A program made the position numbers and the translations under genes. The notes below the pieces were generated by a model, which saw nothing but the letters and a program-made list of their open reading frames with translations, was not told the origin of the DNA and ran no database searches. This document shows, in pieces, positions 1 through 8,016 of a stretch of 21,654 nucleotides of DNA. The DNA comes from Candidatus Hermodarchaeota archaeon (GTDB taxonomy: Archaea; Asgardarchaeota; Lokiarchaeia; Sigyniarchaeales; SOKP01), in contig JBHLLO010000050.1 of NCBI GenBank assembly GCA_048885535.1, positions 1 to 21,654 of the forward strand, written 5' to 3'. Position 1 is the first letter of the stretch; every line of letters starts with the position of its first letter.

Positions 1-1442
1 ACCTTAAAATCTTCATTCTCATTGACTTTAAGATATTCTATTATGGTTGCGAGATACATATTTAATTTTCGCTTCAAATCAGGTACTTTTTCTCTCAATT
101 TATACCAATTGCGATGAAAAATGTTAAATATAGCATCTACAGCTACTTTTTTGATCAACCAATAAACTTCTTTATCATCTAACAAACTGATTAAATCATC
201 AAGAGGTTTAAGATTTCCAATTTTTCCAAGAGCGATTATTGAATTTTTCTTTATTTCCAAATTCCTTTCATGCATTAAATTAAGTAATGGATTAACAAAA
301 TCTTCCTTTCCCAACTCACCGAATAAAAAAGCAACACTTTCCTTAATAGTATCATTATCCTTTTCTAAGTATGAATAAAGATGGTTAAATGTCGCGTTTT
401 TATTATTTAGGTAAATATTCTTAACAGCGTCTAATATAAATAACCTCATATCCAAATCAGTATATTCAAAACTCACATCTTCTATGTCTAATATACTTAA
501 AAGATCTGGAATCGCTGAAAGGTCTCCAATTTCTCCCAGTGCTTTAATTGAAGCAATACTGACTTCATTATAAATATTGTCAAGATTAGTGATCAATAAA
601 TCAACAGCATCTACTAACTTTAACTTTCCGCTTAATTTAATTGCGTTTTGCTTAACTATAAAATCGTCTATAAGTATAAGCTTGATAATGTCATCCTTAA
701 TCTCGGGTTCTATCAATTTTGTAATTGTTAATATTGCATCCATTAACTCAGAATCTTCTTCTTTTAATATTCGTGTTATTTCGTCCAATAATAGATGTTT
801 ACTTTCTATTAACTCAGATATTATTTCAGGGTACTTTTTTTTTAGATAACTAATATCTTCAAAAGAAATATCAATAGTTGATAATTCAATACCCATTAAC
901 TTTATAATCTCTGTATTGTGTTCATTGGAAAATTCTTTTTCCTTTAGAGATTTTAATAAAACCTTAACTAATCTTCCGGGATTAAGAGTTAAAAGCTGAT
1001 TGAATATGAATTCTCTAAGAGAGTTGTAAGATGAATCTAACTCACGGATAAATAATTCAATTTCCTCCTCATCAAATTTGATTTTTTTTATGGCTTTCAA
1101 AACAGAAATCTTTATTTCGAGGTTATCATCTTTTTCTTCTAAAATCCATTTCAAAGGTTTTAGTGCCTTATCGAGTTTGAGTTTTCCTAGAGCCTTAGCA
1201 GCTTCACATTTAACTTCAATTCCCTCTTCAGAAATCAAAATATTTTCTAGAGTGTTAAAACATTCTTTTTTCAATGAAGGAGCTTCTCTACCTAATAAAC
1301 CTAGATATTTTATAGCTCCCCTTCTTTTGCTTGTGGTTTTTTCAGTATCAATGATTTCTGTCAAAATTTTAATAGAATTCTCGATTCCAAGCTCCTCTCT
1401 CCTCTGAAATATTTCTTCTGGGGATGGGTTTTGTTTTAACAT
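1..1442 (-). CDS. HEAT/PBS-lyase repeat protein (3' end runs off the window)
   Basis: Not in the ORF track. Manual translation from ATG at 1442 gives MLKQNPSPEEIFQRREELGIENSIKIL..., with repeated HEAT-like motifs (VKCEAAKALGKLK, SIASIKALGEIGDLSAIPDLL, IKESVAFLFGELGK, IRKNSIIALGKIG). The frame was open in every segment translated, including the window edge (...MYLATIIEYLKVNENEDFK). Confidence 0.88.
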   Translation of the reverse strand, partial: MLKQNPSPEEIFQRREELGIENSIKILTEIIDTEKTTSKRRGAIKYLGLLGREAPSLKKECFNTLENILISEEGIEVKCEAAKALGKLKLDKALKPLKWILEEKDDNLEIKISVLKAIKKIKFDEEEIELFIRELDSSYNSLREFIFNQLLTLNPGRLVKVLLKSLKEKEFSNEHNTEIIKLMGIELSTIDISFEDISYLKKKYPEIISELIESKHLLLDEITRILKEEDSELMDAILTITKLIEPEIKDDIIKLILIDDFIVKQNAIKLSGKLKLVDAVDLLITNLDNIYNEVSIASIKALGEIGDLSAIPDLLSILDIEDVSFEYTDLDMRLFILDAVKNIYLNNKNATFNHLYSYLEKDNDTIKESVAFLFGELGKEDFVNPLLNLMHERNLEIKKNSIIALGKIGNLKPLDDLISLLDDKEVYWLIKKVAVDAIFNIFHRNWYKLREKVPDLKRKLNMYLATIIEYLKVNENEDFK

Positions 1443-1749
1443 TCTAAGCTGCTATTTTATTATAATAACCAATTTTTTTTTTAATTATTATGATTTTAGG
1501 TCTTTCGCCTATAAAAATATTTTCAAATTAATTAAAAAGTCTCTTAAAGTTCAGTATAAAATTAATAGAATAAATTTTTTAAATGTAAAGTCAAAAATTC
1601 TGAAATTCTGAAATATCGATTACATATTCAAAACTTCTTATTAATTAAATTTTTATTTGTTTGACATTTAAATTATCAAACTTTAATCTAACAAAATTTT
1701 TCTTCTCATAGAAAATTATCTTTAAAAAAAAAGATAGAGTGAAGATCAA

Positions 1750-2445
1750 TTGAATATAAGAAAATCGATAAATAAAATAAGAGCAAGAATATTTGAAAAA
1801 ACTATTAACTTTAAAATAGTTAGAATCTGTGGAATTATTGTTATAATTACTTATCTCTCATTGCTCATAGCTGGTGTTTTAGTTGCATCACTGCTACATC
1901 CTGGAGGCTATTCAATTATAGATAATTGGATAAGTGATCTTGGTAGCTTTAATCATACACCTGCTCCCTACTTATATGATATTGCTTGTATGGTTGCTGG
2001 TGTATTTACCATACCCATAACATTTTACATGGAAAATTTACTTTTTCCAATCCCCCAAAAGACAACAAAAAGTCTTACTAGATTGAGAATCAGGCTAACA
2101 AGCGGTGCCTTTATCTTTGGTTTGATAGGTAGTTTAGCTTATATTGGTGTTGGCATATTTAGTGAAGACAGAAGTTATTTTGGGCTTCATGGAGTGATGT
2201 CAGAATTATCATTTGTTGGTTTTGTACTCTCTGCTTTTTGCATGGGATGGTTTATTTTACTTTATAAAACAAGGATTCCTAAAACTTTAGGAGTATATGG
2301 CATTATTGGTCCTTTTACTACCATCATAATCTTTTTAATATATGGCAATGCATTATGGGAATGGCTGCTCCTCTTTTCAATACTTCTATGGATAATACCA
2401 TTAACACTATTTGTTTTTATAAAAAGATTGGAGCCTGAAAGATAA
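1750..2445 (+). CDS. DUF998-like multi-pass membrane protein
   Basis: About 6 hydrophobic segments. Motifs PGGYSIIDNWISDLG and GVGIFSED...H resemble the DUF998/Frag1-like family. TTG start. Confidence 0.7.
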   Translation: MNIRKSINKIRARIFEKTINFKIVRICGIIVIITYLSLLIAGVLVASLLHPGGYSIIDNWISDLGSFNHTPAPYLYDIACMVAGVFTIPITFYMENLLFPIPQKTTKSLTRLRIRLTSGAFIFGLIGSLAYIGVGIFSEDRSYFGLHGVMSELSFVGFVLSAFCMGWFILLYKTRIPKTLGVYGIIGPFTTIIIFLIYGNALWEWLLLFSILLWIIPLTLFVFIKRLEPER

Positions 2446-2449
2446 ATAC

Positions 2450-2471
2450 TTTTTAATTTTTTTATTTTTTT
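2450..2471 (+). terminator. Oligo-T tract, candidate archaeal intrinsic terminator
   Basis: A near-continuous T run right after the stop at 2445, between convergent genes. Confidence 0.4.
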
Positions 2472-3150
2472 AGAAATATTTTCCGAAAAAATATTCCATT
2501 GCGAGATTTCTTGCATTCTTCAGGTGTTTGTTCACTGTAGCCTCCTTTATATTAAAGTGGAGGGCAATTTTCTTTCCAGAAATTCTTTTTGGATTTTTAA
2601 AATAACCCATTTTTGCTGCATAATTAGCAATCTCTCGCTGTCTATTTGTGAAATGTGGAAGAGGAATAATGGTTCTCCAAACTGATTCATCAAAATCATT
2701 AATTTCATTTAGGTCGGTCATCCCTATTATTTCAAAATCGTCATTATAAGAAGATAAAATCTCAAATAAATTTTTGATATAATCTTCATGTGAAATGATA
2801 GTAAGCAAAACTAAATCACTTGATACATGAATAGGGAAAAGAAACGCCCACGGACCTGAGTCTATTATTGGAAAAAAGCCAGATGTTCTACTCTGATCCA
2901 TAATACAAATTATTTCATCTCCAGACTGATTTAGAAGTTGTAATGATTTAGGTTTGAAGTTCGTCATTATAAAATCTTTAATATCAAGATTAACATTACG
3001 TTTAAAACGAATCTTCTGCAATGCAAAAAAATGAGTTTGATCATATTGAAATGCATTTAAAATTTCTACTAATTCAACCTTGTTAAACAAATCTTTGAAC
3101 CCTATTTGTTCCAAAAAATTCCCTGGTATTTGTAATCTTACGATTTTCAT
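2470..3150 (-). CDS. Archaeal transcriptional regulator with C-terminal HTH (HTH_10/Bat-like)
   Basis: The C-terminus FTNRQREIANYAAKMGYFKNPKRISGKKIALHFNIKEATVNKHLKNA matches the LTxRQ...A...GYF..PR...LA..L..S..T...HLR.A pattern. Confidence 0.85.
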   Translation of the reverse strand: MKIVRLQIPGNFLEQIGFKDLFNKVELVEILNAFQYDQTHFFALQKIRFKRNVNLDIKDFIMTNFKPKSLQLLNQSGDEIICIMDQSRTSGFFPIIDSGPWAFLFPIHVSSDLVLLTIISHEDYIKNLFEILSSYNDDFEIIGMTDLNEINDFDESVWRTIIPLPHFTNRQREIANYAAKMGYFKNPKRISGKKIALHFNIKEATVNKHLKNARNLAMEYFFGKYF

Positions 3151-3211
3151 ATTTACTAAAAAATCTTCTATCTATCCTCTTACTTTATTTAATATTATCA
3201 TATTTTTTATA

Positions 3212-3227
3212 GGTTGCGATTGCTACC
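3212..3227. promoter_or_regulatory. Imperfect palindrome, candidate operator in a divergent promoter
   Basis: GGTTGCGATTGCTACC has 12 of 16 positions self-complementary. It is a GC-rich island in the AT-rich spacer between the HTH regulator and the SDR gene. Confidence 0.4.
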
Positions 3228-3324
3228 GTTAGACTCTTGAGACATTAATTATTACAATAAAATAGGAGTTTTGTTTTTGTATTGAATAATAACCTTGAAT
3301 AATTCATTATAAGGAGAATAGAAG

Positions 3325-4467
3325 TTGAAAATTTTAGTAACTGGAGCTTTTGGTAATGTTGGATTAAGTACATTAGACCAATTACTTAAAAGAAATCATG
3401 AAGTTAGAATAATTGAAATAAAAAGCAAAAAAAATAAAAAACTTGCTAAAAAATATAAAAGTAAAATTGAAATCGTATGGGGAGACCTCAGAAATAGCAA
3501 TGATGTTGAAAAAGCTATAGATGGACAAGATATAGTCATCCATCTAGCAGCTATCATCCCTCCATTAGCAGATTACAACCCAGAATTAGCAGAAGCTGTG
3601 AATGTTGGAGGAACAATAAATGTTTTAAATATGATAAAAAAGCAAAAAAAGATGCCGAAATTAATATTTACTTCCTCCATTGCAGTATATGGGGATAGAA
3701 GACTTAATCCACTGATTAAGGTCAGTGATCCTTTAAATCCAAGTAGAGGAGATTTTTATGCTCTTACAAAAATTTCTGCTGAAAAAGCTATTAAAGAGTC
3801 TGGTATAGAATTTTTAATTCTTAGGTTAACGTATATCACATCGGTGGATAAACTTGATATGGATCCACTAATGTTTCATATGCCTTTAGATACATGTATA
3901 GAAATATGTGATACTAAAGATGTTGGTTTAGCTTTGGCAAATGCGGTAAATTCTAATAAGGTTTGGGGCGAAACAATGCATATTGCTGGAGGTGAACAAT
4001 GTAGAACTAATTATAAAGATTATATTAACACAATGATGGAAATCTTCGGGTTAGGTGAACAACTCTTACCTGAACAGGCTTTTGCTAAAAAAGATTTTCA
4101 CTGTGGTTACATGGATACCGAACGCTCTCAAAAAATTTTTGATTACCAATATCATACATTAAATGATTATTATAATGAAGTACGAGAAAAAGTTGGAACT
4201 AAAAAACCTTTCTTTAAAATCTTCAAAAGAACAATCAAATACCATTTATTAAAAAGATCAGAACCATATCTTAGATTTAAATTCTTTAAACGTAAATTAG
4301 GATCATTCACGGTGTCTGAAAATAGGCTCATAAGGAAAATACTTTCTCATAATTACCAAAAGCTCGAAAATCTTGAGATCAAGATTGATCAATTAGAAAA
4401 AACTATTCAGGGATTAATCAGAAACAGAAAGCATAGGGAAATTACGCCAGAGATCGAAGTTAAATAA
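3325..4467 (+). CDS. NAD(P)-dependent epimerase/dehydratase (extended SDR) with C-terminal extension
   Basis: TGAFGNVG nucleotide-binding motif, HLAA, TSS and catalytic YALTK (YxxxK). AAGGAG SD lies upstream of the TTG start. Confidence 0.9.
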   Translation: MKILVTGAFGNVGLSTLDQLLKRNHEVRIIEIKSKKNKKLAKKYKSKIEIVWGDLRNSNDVEKAIDGQDIVIHLAAIIPPLADYNPELAEAVNVGGTINVLNMIKKQKKMPKLIFTSSIAVYGDRRLNPLIKVSDPLNPSRGDFYALTKISAEKAIKESGIEFLILRLTYITSVDKLDMDPLMFHMPLDTCIEICDTKDVGLALANAVNSNKVWGETMHIAGGEQCRTNYKDYINTMMEIFGLGEQLLPEQAFAKKDFHCGYMDTERSQKIFDYQYHTLNDYYNEVREKVGTKKPFFKIFKRTIKYHLLKRSEPYLRFKFFKRKLGSFTVSENRLIRKILSHNYQKLENLEIKIDQLEKTIQGLIRNRKHREITPEIEVK

Positions 4468-4478
4468 AAAAAGAATTA

Positions 4479-5135
4479 TTATAAAAGAAGAACTATTGTA
4501 AGTCTATAGAAAAGATTCGTAGCAAATGCTACTAATCCTAAGATTCCCACAACCATAAGATTTTTATCATTATAATTTACTCCATAAATTATCAATAATG
4601 CAAAACCGTTTAATCTAATGATGGTAAAGATAAAACTGATTATTGAAAAAGCCCTACTTTGAAGGATGGTTAGACTATCAAGAATACTTATAACACTTAG
4701 AATAGCTCCATCTAAAACAACTACTTTAAATCCATAAGAAATTATCCATAGAATCCCTGTAATCATGAGAAAAATATTATAATCTCTTTTCCTTCCAAGA
4801 ATAAAGAAAAAAACTCCGTACGCCAGAAAGAAAGGTATTGATGAAAGTAGACCTAAAAATATTATATAACTAACGAAAATAAAAGTTTCAAACTCCGTCA
4901 TTGATGCTCCATATATTCCGGGAAAAGTTAATGGCAATATATTAAAGATGATGATTAATATGCCAGCACTCTTTAATAGTTTTGAATTAGGAGTTTGTTC
5001 ATGACGAGATTTATATGATCTAAACATAAAAATAGCAATAGCAACAGCAAATATAGCTGAAATAATTATTGGTATTACTATAGAAATGAATATATGAAAG
5101 TCAAGATACTGAAAATAAACAAATCTAATTGTCAA
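4479..5135 (-). CDS. Hypothetical multi-pass membrane protein
   Basis: 218-aa ORF with about 6 hydrophobic helices and a GAGGGA SD-like sequence upstream on the minus strand. No family recognised. Confidence 0.7.
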   Translation of the reverse strand: MTIRFVYFQYLDFHIFISIVIPIIISAIFAVAIAIFMFRSYKSRHEQTPNSKLLKSAGILIIIFNILPLTFPGIYGASMTEFETFIFVSYIIFLGLLSSIPFFLAYGVFFFILGRKRDYNIFLMITGILWIISYGFKVVVLDGAILSVISILDSLTILQSRAFSIISFIFTIIRLNGFALLIIYGVNYNDKNLMVVGILGLVAFATNLFYRLTIVLLL

Positions 5136-5520
5136 TTGAATCCCTCATTTTTCAAGCCAATTATCTAATTAAATCAAGTAATTATAATACAATGTAAATA
5201 AAAATCTTTTATTGCTTTTTTAATTAAATCCAATTATTTTTTAGTTTTATATTATTTAATTTCTCAATCAATTAACAAATAGTTTTCGAAATAGGACAAG
5301 AATGACTATTTCTTTAATTATATTTTCAGATTTAACTTATAACGCTAAATAACAAATTATTTAAATAGATACAACATAAAAATTAAAATAAGTATAAAAA
5401 AAATACACTTCTCGATATTAAATTTATTTTCAATATTGGAAGTTTATCAATTTCAAATTTTAAAAAGTCTAAGAACAGATATATATAATTGTAAATTAAG
5501 AGGTGGATGTGTAAAAAAAG

Positions 5521-7464
5521 ATGGAAAAATCTGATACGCATCGGATTGGATACTATGCTTGTCAATGAGGTATTAATATTCGCGGAAAAGTTGATTGTAA
5601 TAAATTAGTGGAGTATGCAAAAGAATTAGATGGTGTCGTAATTTCAAAACAACACAGCTTCCTTTGTACCGAGAGTGGACAAAATGAGATTATTGAGGAT
5701 ATAAATGAAAAAAAATTAAATTGTATTGTGGTATCTGCTTGAACTCCACGTACTCACGAACCTGTGTATAGAGGATCGATAGCCAAAACAGATTTAAACC
5801 CATACTTTTTCCAAATGGTAAATGTGCGCGAGCATTGCTCATGGTGTACAGAAAGCAATGAAGAAGCATTAGATAAAGCTAAGATTCTCATAAAGGCAGG
5901 TGTTGAACGAGGTAAGCGTCTTGAAGCTGTACCAATTAAGACGGTACCTGTTGAAAAAGCAAGTTTGGTTGTTGGTGGGGGAATAGCAGGTATGAATGCG
6001 GCTTTAGATCTTGCAAATCAAGGAATTAAAGTATATTTAGTGGAGAAAAACACAACTATTGGTGGCAGAATGGCAGAATTAGATAGAACATTTCCTACGG
6101 ATGATTGTGCCATTTGAATCTGTGGTCCTAAGATGCTTGAAGTAAATCGAAATGAGAATATTGAAATTCTTAGTTATTCAGAAGTAAAAAAGGTTGAAGG
6201 TTATGTAGGAAATTATGAAATAACTGTAGAAAAGAAACCTCGATATATTAACCCTGAAACCTGTAATGGATGCGGAGCCTGTGCTGAAGTATGTCCTACT
6301 TACACAACAAACTATTTTGATGAGGATTTAGGAGCAAGAAAAACAATTGATATTGCATTTGGTCAAGCTGTTCCGTTTTTATATGATATTAACAGGGAAA
6401 CTTGTGTAGAATGCTTTAATTGTGTTGACGCTTGTGAATTGGATGCTATAGATTTCAGTCAAATACCAGAAGAGGTTAAATTCAAAGTTGGAACAATTAT
6501 TATTGCCACTGGATGGGACATATATGAACCTTTTGGAGAATATGGATATGGGGAATTCACAAACGTGGTCACTCAATCTCAACTTGAAAGAATGTTAGCT
6601 CCAAATGGACCATTAGAAGGACATGTTCGGAGGATTTCTGATGATAAGAAACCTAAGGAGATTGTTTTTATTCAATGCGTCGGAAGCCGAGATACTGAAA
6701 GAACATATTGTAGTGGCGTTTGTTGTATGCTTGCCTTAAAAAACGGAAAGTTACTAAAAGAAGAATTTCCAGGTGCTAATATTACTATTTGCTATATAGA
6801 TATTAGAACTAATGAAAAAGGTTTCGAAGAATATTACCAAAGGGCAAAAGATTCGGATATTCGAATGATTCGTGGGAAAGTGGGGGAGATTTCAGAAGAC
6901 CCAGAAACAAAAAACGTTAAAATACGTGTATATTCATCCTTAACTAATGAAATTATTAATATTGATGCCGATTTAGTAATTTTATCAACAGCAGCATTAC
7001 CTTCTAAAGGTACTCAACAAATTGCTAAGGTTTTAAACTTGGACGTTGATAAAAATGGATTTTTAACTGAATCTCATTTTGGTTTAATGCCACAAGAAAC
7101 AAAAACTAAGGGGATTTTCATTGCTGGATTTGCCCAAGGTCCTAAGGATATAGCTTATTCAGTTTCACAAGCAAGAGCGGCAGCAAGTAAGGTTGCAGAA
7201 CTAACCTCTGCTGGTGAAATTGACTTAGAATTAATTGTAGCAGAAGTAGATAAAGATTTTTGCATTTCATGTAGAAGATGCGAAAAAGAATGCCCAAAAG
7301 GAGCAATTAAGATTACGGAAAAAGAAGGAGCTATCGTTGATGAAATAAATTGTGACGGATGCGGTGTATGCGCGAGTTGTTGTCCTACTCAGGCTATTGA
7401 CATACGATATTATAGAGATCACCAGTTGTATGCTGAAATTGAGGCTCTATTAGGAGGTGATTAA
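5521..7464 (+). CDS. hdrA: Heterodisulfide reductase subunit A, selenoprotein with three UGA-Sec codons (647 aa)
   Basis: One frame from ATG 5521 to TAA 7464 with in-frame TGA at 5566-5568 (RIGYYACQUGINI), 5740-5742 (VVSAUTPRTHE) and 6115-6117 (TFPTDDCAIUICGPKM). Has the GGGIAG FAD motif, internal and C-terminal 2[4Fe-4S] ferredoxin motifs, and the CVGSR...CSGVCC cluster motif. GAGGTG SD at 5500-5505. Confidence 0.95.
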
Positions 7465-7468
7465 ATAG

Positions 7469-7909
7469 TTGGAGGATAGTTTAAAAATATTGATGTTTGC
7501 TTGTCTAAAATGAGGATATAGCGCAGCTGATTTAGCGGGAGTTTCTCGATTAAAATATACACCCTCAGTTAAAATTATAAAAGTTAGGTGCACTGGACGA
7601 ATTGATGTGAAGCACATTTTATATGCGATCAAATCTGGAGCTGATGGTGTTATGGTAGTTGGATGACGACCAGATGAATGTCAATTTAAAACAGGCAATT
7701 TCAAAGCTCAAACACATGTAGATCTAGCTAATAGAATATTAGAACGCCGAGGATTCGGGAACCAACGAATAAATCAATATTGGTTAAGTGGCGCAGAATC
7801 TGAAAAGTTAGTTAAAAGTGTTGAAGATACGGTTGAAAAAATAAGACGTATAGGTAAAAATCCTATTTACAAAATAAAATCAAAAAAAAAATCAAGCGTA
7901 GCCCCTTAG
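7469..7909 (+). CDS. mvhD: MvhD/VhuD/FlpD [2Fe-2S] subunit, selenoprotein with two UGA-Sec codons (146 aa)
   Basis: Not in the ORF track. TTG start 8 nt after a GGAGGTGA SD. Translates as MEDSLKILMFACLKUGYSAADLAGVSRLKYTPSVKIIKVRCTGRID...GADGVMVVGURPDECQF...WLSGAESEK...SSVAP*, with TGA at 7511-7513 and 7664-7666. Confidence 0.95.
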
Positions 7910-7969
7910 AATGAATCTTATAAGGAAATATTTGTTATAAGACGACTAACCATGCGTTGGTTAAGGGGT
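7901..7969 (+). promoter_or_regulatory. SECIS element (eukaryote/Lokiarchaeota-type, AUGA/GA core)
   Basis: Outer helix GCCCCTTA (7901-7908) pairs with TAAGGGGT (7962-7969). The core ATGAA (7911-7915) sits opposite CGAC (7943-7946). A perfect 8-bp upper stem TCTTATAA/TTATAAGA (7916-7923/7935-7942) is capped by the loop GGAAATATTTG, which contains AAA. It lies immediately 3' of two UGA-containing genes. Confidence 0.85.
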
Positions 7970-8016
7970 GTTTAAATAATTTTAAAAGTTTAAAAAATAG
8001 AATAAATGGAAATAAT

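Noticed and set aside
577-1407. Plus-strand ORFs 577-849 and 1078-1407
   Set aside because: These are antisense shadows of the minus-strand HEAT-repeat gene.
5764-7464. Track ORFs 5764-6117 and 6133-7464 as separate genes
   Set aside because: They are in the same frame and are consecutive parts of one HdrA, split at the UGA in the DCxxU motif.
5521-7909. hdrA and mvhD as nonsense-mutated pseudogenes
   Set aside because: All five interruptions are TGA and all fall on conserved Cys columns. There are no frameshifts or other stops, and a SECIS-like structure follows.
5521-7909. Genome-wide UGA reassignment to Trp or Gly
   Set aside because: TGA terminates other genes here (14976-14978 and the MFS gene). 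The in-frame TGAs I found occur only at Cys positions in two genes.
7901-7969. The hairpin as a rho-independent terminator
   Set aside because: There is no U-tract directly after a GC-rich stem. The AUGA/GA core and the position after UGA-containing genes fit a SECIS better.
7957-8016. Track start of the FrhB-like ORF at TTG 7957
   Set aside because: It lies within the SECIS 3' arm and gives a low-complexity Asn/Lys leader. ATG 8017 (or GTG 8029) is more plausible.
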